Shown here: positions 30,265 through 40,706 of the stretch, piece by piece | Numbering within the stretch: the first letter of the stretch is position 1 | Layout: each line of letters starts with the position of its first letter | From: Clostridia bacterium | GTDB taxonomy: Bacteria; Bacillota; Clostridia; Oscillospirales; CAG-272 | DNA length: 64,000 nt | Reading direction: 5' to 3' | Assembly: GCA_017454525.1 (NCBI GenBank) | Contig: JAFTCT010000034.1 | Location: 7,237-71,236 of the forward strand | The notes under the pieces: generated by a model | Seen by the model: the letters and a program-made list of their open reading frames with translations, nothing else | The model's database searches: none | Told to the model about the DNA's origin: nothing | Made by a program: the position numbers and the translations under genes

Positions 30265-31682
30265 ACGCGCATACGCAGCTGCTTCTGCCGACAATCCCCG
30301 AAAAGATCGTCGTGCATCTCGGGGAACCGGGGGTGGACGCGCCAAACGTGGAGGTCGGCTTTATCGACTACATCGCCAACGTTGCGTCAAGGGAAGTTTA
30401 TCCCACGTGGCCGGAAAACGCGCTGATCGCGAACGTTATTGCCGAAACGACCTTTGCCCTGAACCGGCTTTATACCGAGTTCTACAGGAGCAAAGGATAC
30501 GATTTCGACATCACGTCCAGTACGCGCTTCGATCAGGCGTTCGATCCCGGAAAGGCGGTTTACGACAATATCGCGATGATCGCCGATATGTATTTTAACG
30601 GTTATATCCGCAGAAACGGGAACGTGGAGCCGTTGTTCGCCCTGTATTGCGACGGTATCGTAACGACCTGCGGCGGACTGTCACAGACGGGCTCGGTGGA
30701 ACTCGCGAACCGCGGATTGACGCCCATAGAGATCCTCAGATACTACTACGGCGAGGATATCGAGTTCGTGGAAAACGTGGACATATCGACGAAAACGGAT
30801 ACGTCTCCCAAGATCCCTCTTCGTCTCGGCTCGCTGGGAAATGAGGTAGAGATCCTGCAGACACGGCTCAACAGGATCTCTGCGAACTATCCTTCGATCC
30901 CGAAGATCCCGCTCGCCGACGGTATATTCGGCACCGAGACCGAAAGCGCGGTGCGCGCTTTTCAGGAGGTGTTCGGACTTGAAACGGACGGTATTGTGGG
31001 ACCGGCAACGTGGTATGAGATCAGACAGAAGTACAACGCCGTGAAAAAGCTCAATGAATTACTGTCCGAAGGGATCAATTACGACGAGGTCTCTCTGCAG
31101 CTGCCGGAAGACCTTCGTCCGGGCATGCGCGGACTTTACGTCAGCGGACTGCAGTACTTTCTTAATTTTGTAAGCGCGTTCACGACGGATTTTACGGATA
31201 TCCCCATTACCGGTGAATATGACGCGCCGACCGAACAACTCGTCGCGGATTTTCAGAACTATGCCGGTCTTGTGCCGACGGGCATCGCCGACCAGTTGAC
31301 ATGGAGCGCGCTGTTTGACGCATACAGAGGCATCATCACAGATTTTCCGCCGTCAGCGTTCGAGGGGATCGCGCGTCCGTTCCCGGGGATCGTGCTCCGT
31401 TTAGGCAGCCGGGGAGAGGACGTGCGGGAGCTTCAGTCGTATATCAACGTGCTGTCCGGGAAATACGCGGCGGTCCCGACGCTCGCGGTCGACGGGATCT
31501 ACGGTACGCAGACGAGAGACGCGATATATGCGATACAGTCGCTGCTCGGATTGACGGTGGACGGAACCGTCGACCCGTTGACATGGGCGGCGATCGCCGA
31601 CACGTACAACGATATCGTCGCGGGTACTTACAGAGGTCCCGGTCAGTTCCCCGGAACTCTTGAAAGGGAGGATGACAGATGA
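30261..31682 (+). CDS. Peptidoglycan-binding protein, SleC-like spore cortex-lytic enzyme candidate
   Basis: The N-domain 'I.VHLG.P...A.NV.V.F.DYI.NVAS.E.YPTWPENAL.AN..A...FALNR.YTE.YRS.GY.FDITS.T..DQ' resembles clostridial SleC as I remember it. Three PG_binding_1 repeats follow ('G..V..LQ..LN.I...Y..IP....DGIFG..T..AV..FQ...GL..DGIVG..TW'). It has no signal peptide. Confidence 0.6.
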   Translation: MNAHTQLLLPTIPEKIVVHLGEPGVDAPNVEVGFIDYIANVASREVYPTWPENALIANVIAETTFALNRLYTEFYRSKGYDFDITSSTRFDQAFDPGKAVYDNIAMIADMYFNGYIRRNGNVEPLFALYCDGIVTTCGGLSQTGSVELANRGLTPIEILRYYYGEDIEFVENVDISTKTDTSPKIPLRLGSLGNEVEILQTRLNRISANYPSIPKIPLADGIFGTETESAVRAFQEVFGLETDGIVGPATWYEIRQKYNAVKKLNELLSEGINYDEVSLQLPEDLRPGMRGLYVSGLQYFLNFVSAFTTDFTDIPITGEYDAPTEQLVADFQNYAGLVPTGIADQLTWSALFDAYRGIITDFPPSAFEGIARPFPGIVLRLGSRGEDVRELQSYINVLSGKYAAVPTLAVDGIYGTQTRDAIYAIQSLLGLTVDGTVDPLTWAAIADTYNDIVAGTYRGPGQFPGTLEREDDR

Positions 31683-32203
31683 GAAAGATGAATGATCGGC
31701 GGAAAGCGGTATATACGGTACAGGAATGGCTGTTGACGCTGAAAAACGCAGGAATGCCCCTTCCTTCGATCGTCCCCGACGGGATCTTCGACAAAACGAC
31801 GGAAGAAGCCGTGCGCGTGTTTCAGGGCTTGAGCGGGATCCCGCAAACCGGAGCGGTCGATGAGAGAACCTGGAACGAACTGCGTATTGCCGCGCTTGAA
31901 GCAAAGAAAGCCGTGGAAGGAAGCGTTCCGATCTATCCGTTTGATTGCATGAAAGCGGGGATGGAGATCACGCAGGGAGAACACTGTGATCTCATGTATA
32001 TCGTTCAGGCAATGCTGCGGACGCTTGAAGGGCATTATAAGGGGCTTGAAGAACAGGATATGAACGGTACCTGCGATGAAGTCACAAGCGGCAATATCCG
32101 ATGCCTGCAGAAGCTGTGGGGGCTTCGGGAATCCGGAAATATCGATGTGAATACATGGAATATGCTCGCCTGCGCTTACAATGAATTTATGAACAGAGAG
32201 TAG
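31679..32203 (+). CDS. Small peptidoglycan-binding-domain protein
   Basis: It has two PG_binding_1-like repeats ('DGIFD..T..AV..FQ...G.P.TG.VD..TW..L'). Its ATGA start overlaps the upstream gene. Confidence 0.55.
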   Translation: MRKMNDRRKAVYTVQEWLLTLKNAGMPLPSIVPDGIFDKTTEEAVRVFQGLSGIPQTGAVDERTWNELRIAALEAKKAVEGSVPIYPFDCMKAGMEITQGEHCDLMYIVQAMLRTLEGHYKGLEEQDMNGTCDEVTSGNIRCLQKLWGLRESGNIDVNTWNMLACAYNEFMNRE

Positions 32204-32217
32204 CGCGAAGACGAAAC

Positions 32218-32256
32218 GGCCGGCTTGCGGAAACGCTTGACCGGCCCGCTTTTTTG
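32218..32256 (+). terminator. Rho-independent terminator
   Basis: GGCCGG (32218-32223) pairs with CCGGCC (32241-32246), followed by a T-run (32250-32255). Confidence 0.6.
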
Positions 32257-32304
32257 CGTTGACCGCACGCTCGGAAAGGTCTTGGAGATATTATGAAAAA
32301 AAGG

Positions 32305-32333
32305 TTGATTTATCGCGAATAACATGATATAAT
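32305..32333 (+). promoter_or_regulatory. Sigma-A promoter with extended -10
   Basis: It reads TTGATT (32305-32310), a 17 bp spacer, then TGaTATAAT (-10 at 32328-32333). Confidence 0.65.
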
Positions 32334-32376
32334 ATAAAAGTAAAAGAATGCGTTCTGATAAAGGAAGGAGATAGTG

Positions 32377-33327
32377 ATGTATCCGAAAATACTGACGGTG
32401 GGAAGCGCATACTACTGTATGGACGTCGACATTCCCTCGGTTCCGTCAAACGGCGGCACGGCTTCGGTCAAGGAGCTTGTCAAGTATCCCGGCGGGACAG
32501 GCGTCAATACGGCGGTCGCTTTGCAAAAACTTGACGCGGACTGCGTTCCCGTTCTGTCGCTGGGCAGCGATTCGAACGGCACTCTCATCAAGGACTATTT
32601 ATCGTCCATGATCGGCAGTATGATGACGGTCCATATAGAAAAAGGCGCGTCGGTCGGCACGACGATCAAATTGACCGACGTGGACGGCGGCGTCCGTCTT
32701 CTTGAGTATGACGGCGCCAACTCGTTCCTGTCCGTCGGCATGGTCGAGGACGCGTTTTCCTCGTGTCCGGACGGCGTGATCGTTAACGGCGACATGCCGC
32801 AGGAGATCGTCAACACCGCGATTCTCGCCGCCAACACCCACAAGATCCCTTCGCTCGTCAATCTGCGCGGCAGGCAGGCGGGACGTCTTCCGATCGATCA
32901 GTTCAGAGACGGCACGATACTGGTCATGGATCAGGATAACGTACAGCGCTACTGCGGGATGCGCGTTCAGAGCGTGGACGACTGTCTGAAGGCGTGCATT
33001 TCCTTGCAGGGAAAAGTGCGATCAAAGTGCTTTGTGATCCGTCTGGCGGGCAAAGGCGCGTTTGCCTACAACGGAAAATTCTATTATTTCGTTCCGAATT
33101 ACGATTTCGTGCCCGAGAACCGCCGCGGGGCAGAGGAGTATTACAACGTGGCGCTCTTCTTAAGGTATCTGTTTGAAGACGATATCCGGATCGCCTGCGA
33201 ATTCGCCGCGGTCGCGGAAACCGTGGTGATGCTCCGCAAGGGCGGCGCGCTGCGCGTTCCGGATTACGAGGACATCCGCAGGTTCGTTATCGAGAATGAA
33301 CTGGACCCCAAACTGCTGATCGGCTGA
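32377..33327 (+). CDS. PfkB/ribokinase-family carbohydrate kinase-like protein with a divergent catalytic motif
   Basis: The N-terminal motif 'GG.G.N.A' is present ('YPGGTGVNTAVAL'). The C-terminal 'DT.GAGD' position reads 'ENRRGAEE'. AAGGAGA RBS. Confidence 0.65.
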   Translation: MYPKILTVGSAYYCMDVDIPSVPSNGGTASVKELVKYPGGTGVNTAVALQKLDADCVPVLSLGSDSNGTLIKDYLSSMIGSMMTVHIEKGASVGTTIKLTDVDGGVRLLEYDGANSFLSVGMVEDAFSSCPDGVIVNGDMPQEIVNTAILAANTHKIPSLVNLRGRQAGRLPIDQFRDGTILVMDQDNVQRYCGMRVQSVDDCLKACISLQGKVRSKCFVIRLAGKGAFAYNGKFYYFVPNYDFVPENRRGAEEYYNVALFLRYLFEDDIRIACEFAAVAETVVMLRKGGALRVPDYEDIRRFVIENELDPKLLIG

Positions 33328-33355
33328 AACAATTTTAGAAGAAAGGTGCAAACAA

Positions 33356-34297
33356 ATGAAATTCGAAGAAAAGACTTTTGTCTCGACCGACGGTTCCACA
33401 CAGATCACGTATCGCGAATACACGCCCGACGTTCCCCCGCGCGCGGTCCTTCAGATCTGTCACGGCATGGCGGAGCATATCGGGCGGTATGACGATTTCG
33501 CCCGTTTTGCAGCGTCGAACGGCATGATCGTCTGCGGATGCGACCACAAGGGACACGGTAAAAGCAAAGGGGATGCGTACGGATACTTCGGCAAGGGCAA
33601 AGCGCTTGACGTGCTTGTCGGCGATCAGGCGAAACTCGCCGGCATGATGCGTGACGCGTATCCCGGTCTGCCTTATATTCTTCTCGGACACAGTATGGGC
33701 TCCTTTGTTGCGCGCAGATTCATCGTCGAGCACAGGGACTTGATCGACGGTGCGATCATTTGCGGAACGGCGGGACCCGGAATGCCGGTCGGCGCTGGGA
33801 TCGCGCTCGCCAGATTCATCGGCGTCTTCACGCCGGATACCGCGCAGCGTCCCTTCTTGGGCAGGATCGCGTTTGCCGGATACAATAAGCGTACGGGATC
33901 GGATGACCCGAGCGCCTGGCTTTCAAGGGATGAAAGCACCGTGAAGAAGTATAATGACGACCCGCTGTGCGGTTTCGCGTTCACGCCCGGCGCTTATGCG
34001 CAGATGTTTGAATGCATCAAGACCGTCAACGCCGAAGAATGGTTCAAAAAGGTCGATAAGGACCTGCCGGTCCTCGTTACCGCCGGTAAGGAGGATCCCG
34101 TCGGGAACTACGGCGACGGACCGACGAAGGTCTATAACGCGCTCGCTGCAAACGGACTGATGGACGTGCGGTTGAAGCTCTATGACGAAGACCGTCACGA
34201 GATCCTGAACGAGCTTGACAAAGAAACCGTTTACAGGGATTTCGTCGATTTCATTCTGCACGCCGCGCGGAAAGCTTCAAAAAAAGAAAGCGGATAA
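33356..34297 (+). CDS. Alpha/beta hydrolase (lysophospholipase/monoacylglycerol lipase-like)
   Basis: It has the nucleophile elbow 'GHSMGS', the oxyanion region 'ICHGMAEH', and a C-terminal 'D..H' pair. Confidence 0.8.
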   Translation: MKFEEKTFVSTDGSTQITYREYTPDVPPRAVLQICHGMAEHIGRYDDFARFAASNGMIVCGCDHKGHGKSKGDAYGYFGKGKALDVLVGDQAKLAGMMRDAYPGLPYILLGHSMGSFVARRFIVEHRDLIDGAIICGTAGPGMPVGAGIALARFIGVFTPDTAQRPFLGRIAFAGYNKRTGSDDPSAWLSRDESTVKKYNDDPLCGFAFTPGAYAQMFECIKTVNAEEWFKKVDKDLPVLVTAGKEDPVGNYGDGPTKVYNALAANGLMDVRLKLYDEDRHEILNELDKETVYRDFVDFILHAARKASKKESG

Positions 34298-34301
34298 GAG
34301 A

Positions 34302-34718
34302 ATGTCAAGGATCATGGGCATCGATCTCGGAGACGTGCGCACAGGCGTCGCTCTCTCGGATCCTTCCGGCAGAATGGCTTTCGGCGTATGTACGCTGACA
34401 GAGCACGTGGAAGAAAAACTCTTGGCGCGGCTTGTATCTTTGGCGAAGGAAAAAGAAGCCGAAACCGTTGTTTTCGGACTTCCCGTGAATATGGACGGCA
34501 GTAAGGGCGAGCGTGCAAGGAAGGTGGAGGCTTTTGCCGGACGTTTCAACGAGCTTTCAGGATGTCCGGTCGCGTTTGCCGACGAACGCTTATCAACCGT
34601 GCTTGCGCACAAGATCCTCAACGAAACAAATACGCGCGGCAAAAAGAGAAAAAACGTCGTGGATACCCTCTCTGCCGAAATCATTCTGCAGGGCTATCTT
34701 GACAAAACCGCGAACTGA
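34302..34718 (+). CDS. ruvX: Putative pre-16S rRNA nuclease / Holliday junction resolvase-like YqgF
   Basis: It has 'IMGIDLGDVRTGVA.SD' at the N-terminus and 'DERLST..A' later on, and is about 138 aa from the ATG at 34302. Confidence 0.88.
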   Translation: MSRIMGIDLGDVRTGVALSDPSGRMAFGVCTLTEHVEEKLLARLVSLAKEKEAETVVFGLPVNMDGSKGERARKVEAFAGRFNELSGCPVAFADERLSTVLAHKILNETNTRGKKRKNVVDTLSAEIILQGYLDKTAN

Positions 34719-34760
34719 ACGCACCGGACGGCGGTCATCCATTCTTTTTTGCCGTAATTA

Positions 34761-34789
34761 TTGACAAAACAGTTATTCGGAGTTATAAT
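34761..34789 (+). promoter_or_regulatory. Consensus sigma-A promoter of rnpB
   Basis: It reads TTGACA (34761-34766), a 17 bp spacer, then TATAAT (34784-34789). Confidence 0.8.
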
Positions 34790-34795
34790 ACGTAA

Positions 34796-35184
34796 TGACC
34801 GAGTCGTGCATTCGCGTAGTGTCACGCCGAAAGGTATCACTATGAGGAAAGTCCGGGCTTCACAGGGCAGGATAACGGATAACGTCCGCCGAAGGCGACT
34901 TCAGGGAAAGTGCAACAGAAATAAACCGCCCGCGCGAAAGCACGGGTAAGGATGGAAAGGCGAGGTAAGAGCTCACCGGCATTACGGTAACGTAATTGCA
35001 AATGTAAACCCTATCCGAAGCAACACCGTATGCGGGTGCCGAAAGGCAGGCTTGCCCGGCCGATGCCCGCGGGTGGCACATGGTAACCAATCCATGGAGC
35101 GCCGCGGTAACGCGGCGTCACAGACAGATGAATGCATCTTGATGATCAAGAACAGAACCCGGCTTACAGACTCGGTCGCACTTT
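34796..35184 (+). ncRNA. rnpB: RNase P RNA, bacterial type A
   Basis: It has the universally conserved P4 strands 'GAGGAAAGTCCGGGC' and 'ACAGAACCCGGCTTA'. It also has 'AGGGCAGG', 'GTGCAACAGAAA', 'GGTAAGAGC.CACC' and 'AGATGAATG', in the same order as E. coli M1 RNA. P1 pairs GACCGAGTC (34797-34805) with GACTCGGTC (35169-35177). The ends are approximate. Confidence 0.9.
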
Positions 35185-35205
35185 ACGTATTCCGGCTTTG
35201 CCGAC

Positions 35206-36198
35206 ATGAACAATATGAACAGCAGACAAATCGACCTGAAAGACAAGATCGTTCTCGCGCCTATGGCGGGGATCACCGACCGGTGTTTCAGAACGCTGTG
35301 CATCGAACAGGGCGCTGATTATTCCGTGACCGAAATGGTCTCGGCGAAGGCGCTCTGTTATGCTGACAGAAAGACGGCGGTGCTTGCGGCGGTCACGAAG
35401 AAAGAGATGCCGCTTGCGATACAGATTTTCGGCAGCGAGCCCGGGATCATGGCAAGAGCAGCCAAAATGCTTTCAACCGGCGAATATGAAGGGTGTCTTT
35501 CCGAGTGCCCGCCCGCGGCGATCGACATCAATATGGGATGCCCCGTGAGAAAGATCGTATCGAACGGGGAGGGCAGCGCGCTTTTGCGCGACGAGCAAAG
35601 GATCTATGAGATCGTATCCGCCGTCAGGGAAGCGAGCGCCGTTCCCGTCACCGTCAAGATCCGGACCGGGTTCGACGAGGCGCACAAAAACGCCGTTTCC
35701 GTTGCTTTGACCGCAGAGCGCGCGGGAGCGGACGCGATCTGCGTTCACGGAAGGACCAGAGAGAGAATGTACAGTCCCGGCGTCGATCTCGACATGATCA
35801 AACGCGTAAAGGACGCCGTATCGATCCCCGTGATCGGCAACGGAGATATCTATTCGCCGGAGGACGCCCTGCGCATGAAGGAGTATACGGGATGCGACGC
35901 CGTGATGATCGCGCGCGGCGCGCTCGGCAACCCCTTCCTCTTCCGCGCGGTAAAATGCGCGCTGAACGGTGAGCCGTATATTGAGCCGTCGACAGAAGAA
36001 AGAATACGAACGGCGATAAGACATCTGAAGATGATGACCGACGCGTACGGCGAAGAGCGCGGCGTCCGGGAGGCGCGCAAACACATTTCCTGGTACGTCA
36101 AAGGCGTGCGCGGCGCGCCCGCGCTGCGCGACCGCATCAACCGCGCCGAATCGTCTGCCGAAATCTCCGCATTGCTGAATGATCTGATCAACGATTGA
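35206..36198 (+). CDS. dusB: tRNA-dihydrouridine synthase B
   Basis: It has 'LAPMAG.TD..FR', 'DIN.GCP' and 'V.VK.R.G' motifs, plus a TIM barrel and C-terminal helical domain. It is 330 aa. Confidence 0.9.
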   Translation: MNNMNSRQIDLKDKIVLAPMAGITDRCFRTLCIEQGADYSVTEMVSAKALCYADRKTAVLAAVTKKEMPLAIQIFGSEPGIMARAAKMLSTGEYEGCLSECPPAAIDINMGCPVRKIVSNGEGSALLRDEQRIYEIVSAVREASAVPVTVKIRTGFDEAHKNAVSVALTAERAGADAICVHGRTRERMYSPGVDLDMIKRVKDAVSIPVIGNGDIYSPEDALRMKEYTGCDAVMIARGALGNPFLFRAVKCALNGEPYIEPSTEERIRTAIRHLKMMTDAYGEERGVREARKHISWYVKGVRGAPALRDRINRAESSAEISALLNDLIND

Positions 36199-36232
36199 TC
36201 ATACGAAATATGAACAAGAAAGGATTCTGAAC

Positions 36233-38539
36233 ATGAAAAAGATTATTGCGCTGCTTCTGGCGGTCGTTCTGACCGTACCGTTTTTGGCGTCCTGCACCGA
36301 TACGCAGCCCGTTCCGACTGCTGAGACGGCTTCAGAGAGCGCCAAAGCGACCGAAACCACTCCCGAAGCGCAGCCTTCGCCGTCAACCGACACGCCTTTG
36401 ACGCCGACGCCTTCGGAAACGGAAGACGTGCCGTCCGAGACGACCGTTGACGACGGTTACAAGTTCATTGACGACGATGACCGCTCGGACATTCCGGTCG
36501 TGAAAGAGCATCAGATGCGCGACTATCTCCCGTCCTCCTATACGCTCGTCGGAACGAAGCATCTTCCTCCGATCGACAATCAGGGCGGTATCGGTTCCTG
36601 CGCTTCCGAAGGGATCACGTATATGCAGTTCACAAACGCCGTCTCGCGCTATATCGACAGTATCGGCATCGATCCGAAATGGAATCCCGCAAGCGGCAAC
36701 GAGGCTTATATTTTCGCACCGAAATTCACTTATAATTTTGCGGGCGCCGGTACGGCGTGGGTCTACGACATCCTCAGAGATCACGGCGCGATGCTGCTCA
36801 AGGACTGGCATTTCTATACGACGCCCTCCGGATACAAACTCGGCACCGACAAGAACAACCGCAATCCCAAGAGCCTTGACTGGCCGGTCAAGGACGGACA
36901 GCTGGAGGGCGCGCTCAACTACAGGATCTCCGATTATGAGCAGATCTGGTCCCGTACGTACGGCGATCAGCTGACCGACTCCGAAGCCGGTCAGGCGCTG
37001 ATCAAAAAGATCAAGGACGCCGTCGTTCAGGGGAACGTCGTCGTGACCGGCGGCTTTTCCTCTAACTGGCAGTACGCGTACGTGACCGCCGAGGACGCCG
37101 AAGCTGGTACCGGCAAGATCGGCGAAGCCGCCTGCGTCTGGTGCAACGGTACGAAGGGCGGACATCAGGTGTCGATCGTCGGCTACGACGACGACTTTGT
37201 CTGCACTCTGAACGGCGTTCAGCTGAAGGGCGCTTTCCAGGTCGCCAACTCCTGGGGCGAGACCTGGATGAACGACGGTTTCTTCTGGGTGATGTACGAT
37301 TCGATCAACAAGGTTTCTGAGCATCCCGAACTCAACGACAAGGAAAAGTATGAGGGACGGGTCAATTCGATGGACCAGTTCTGCTTCATTTACTGGGACA
37401 AGGATATCGAGATCGGGCTCCCCGAAGCATACGTGTCCGTTGAAATGACGATCACCGACAGAGAGGGCTTCTACGTTGAACTGACCAAGACCGACGCTTC
37501 CGACGTGAGTTCCGTTTTCATGCCTTCGGTATTCCTTTACGGTATGAATTTCAATAATACCCGCGGAAGCAGGGACACGCTTGACGAAGACGACAAATAC
37601 GTCACCTTCTCCGGAAAGATCGACAGACCCGCCGAAACCGGAATACTGACGTTCGGCTTCCAGGGACTGACCGGGCAGTATGATTCTTTCGAAGATTTCC
37701 TCTGGGGGATCAATATTATTTCGACTTCCGTGCCGCTGACGATCAAAAAAGTCAGTTTGTATGATAAGACCGGCACGCAGCGCGCGTCCGTGACCTTCCC
37801 GGAGGACGTCGGAACGCTCCAGACCGGTGAATCGCGCTCGATCGTATTCGACGAGGGAAAACAGCCGAAGCAGAATCATTACATCGGTTCGTACTTCTTG
37901 AAGAACGTTAACAGCGGGAAGTTCGTCACCTTGAAAGGTCTTCTTCTGATCCCCGCGACGAAGAACGACGATCCGCAGCAGTTTGACGTGACCTTTGACT
38001 ATTTCGAACGCTATCACGTCATTATGAAAGAGAATTACGTTCTCGATATCAGAGGAACGTACGCCGAAGACGGAAAGCCCGTGCAGTTCAACGCCGTTTC
38101 CAAGAAACGCGACACGCAGTCATGGAGAGTCGTCGATAACAAAGACGGAACGTTCACGGTCAGACTGGGCGTCAACACCGATTACGCAGTCGGTATGAAG
38201 GACGACAAGGTCGTTCTGGTCTCCGGCAAAGACATCTTCGATTACGGCCGCTGGTACTTTGAAAACGCTTCAAACGGCGCAATATCCCTGACCGTCCGTT
38301 ATAACGATCAGGACGAACTGACGGTCCAGGGAAAATTGCCGTCCCGCATCAAGGCCGATTCCGTCGCGGTTTCGGTATACGGCGAAGACGGAACGTTTGT
38401 GCAAACCGTGGACGCGGAAGTGAAGGAAGGCGTCGTTTCGCAGGCGGTCACGGGACTTGCGAAAGGCAATTACCTCTTCGTGTTCAGAAATGCGAAGGGA
38501 CAGTATATTTCATCGTGCTATTACGCAAGCGCAAAATGA
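36233..38539 (+). CDS. Secreted lipoprotein: papain-like (C1 family) cysteine peptidase fused to a ricin-type beta-trefoil lectin and a C-terminal beta domain
   Basis: It has the lipobox 'FLASCT' and a T/P/S/E-rich linker. The catalytic elements are 'Q..GGIGSCAS' (Gln and Cys), 'GGHQVSIVGYDD' (His) and 'VANSWGETW..GFFWV' (Asn-Ser-Trp). A ricin-B-like segment follows ('FLKN..SGKF.......Q.W......DGTF......Y.....W.F'). Confidence 0.8.
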   Translation: MKKIIALLLAVVLTVPFLASCTDTQPVPTAETASESAKATETTPEAQPSPSTDTPLTPTPSETEDVPSETTVDDGYKFIDDDDRSDIPVVKEHQMRDYLPSSYTLVGTKHLPPIDNQGGIGSCASEGITYMQFTNAVSRYIDSIGIDPKWNPASGNEAYIFAPKFTYNFAGAGTAWVYDILRDHGAMLLKDWHFYTTPSGYKLGTDKNNRNPKSLDWPVKDGQLEGALNYRISDYEQIWSRTYGDQLTDSEAGQALIKKIKDAVVQGNVVVTGGFSSNWQYAYVTAEDAEAGTGKIGEAACVWCNGTKGGHQVSIVGYDDDFVCTLNGVQLKGAFQVANSWGETWMNDGFFWVMYDSINKVSEHPELNDKEKYEGRVNSMDQFCFIYWDKDIEIGLPEAYVSVEMTITDREGFYVELTKTDASDVSSVFMPSVFLYGMNFNNTRGSRDTLDEDDKYVTFSGKIDRPAETGILTFGFQGLTGQYDSFEDFLWGINIISTSVPLTIKKVSLYDKTGTQRASVTFPEDVGTLQTGESRSIVFDEGKQPKQNHYIGSYFLKNVNSGKFVTLKGLLLIPATKNDDPQQFDVTFDYFERYHVIMKENYVLDIRGTYAEDGKPVQFNAVSKKRDTQSWRVVDNKDGTFTVRLGVNTDYAVGMKDDKVVLVSGKDIFDYGRWYFENASNGAISLTVRYNDQDELTVQGKLPSRIKADSVAVSVYGEDGTFVQTVDAEVKEGVVSQAVTGLAKGNYLFVFRNAKGQYISSCYYASAK

Positions 38540-38560
38540 ACTGACGGTACGACGCGTGTT

Positions 38561-38603
38561 AACGGCGGCTCTTCCGGTATATCCGGAGGAACCGCCGTTT
38601 TTC
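38561..38603 (+). terminator. Rho-independent terminator
   Basis: A ~17-bp hairpin (38561-38599, one mismatch, loop TATAT) runs into a T-run. Confidence 0.75.
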
Positions 38604-38648
38604 TTGCGCGCGTTTTTTTTGATTTCTCAAAAGAACGTGATATAACGC

Positions 38649-38677
38649 TTGCATTTATTCCGAAATTGTGTTAAAAT
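38649..38677 (+). promoter_or_regulatory. Sigma-A promoter (extended -10) upstream of ligA
   Basis: It reads TTGCAT (38649-38654), a 17 bp spacer, then TGtTAAAAT (-10 at 38672-38677). Confidence 0.6.
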
Positions 38678-38684
38678 ATAATAA

Positions 38685-40688
<2,004 letters not shown>

Positions 40689-40706
40689 GAGAAAGGCAGA
40701 AGATTT

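Noticed and set aside
34761-35318. Three track ORFs overlapping the ruvX-dusB gap (34761..34949 +, 34860..35090 -, 35052..35318 +)
   Set aside because: The region is fully explained by the RNase P RNA, whose P4 strands, P1 pairing and consensus promoter are all present.
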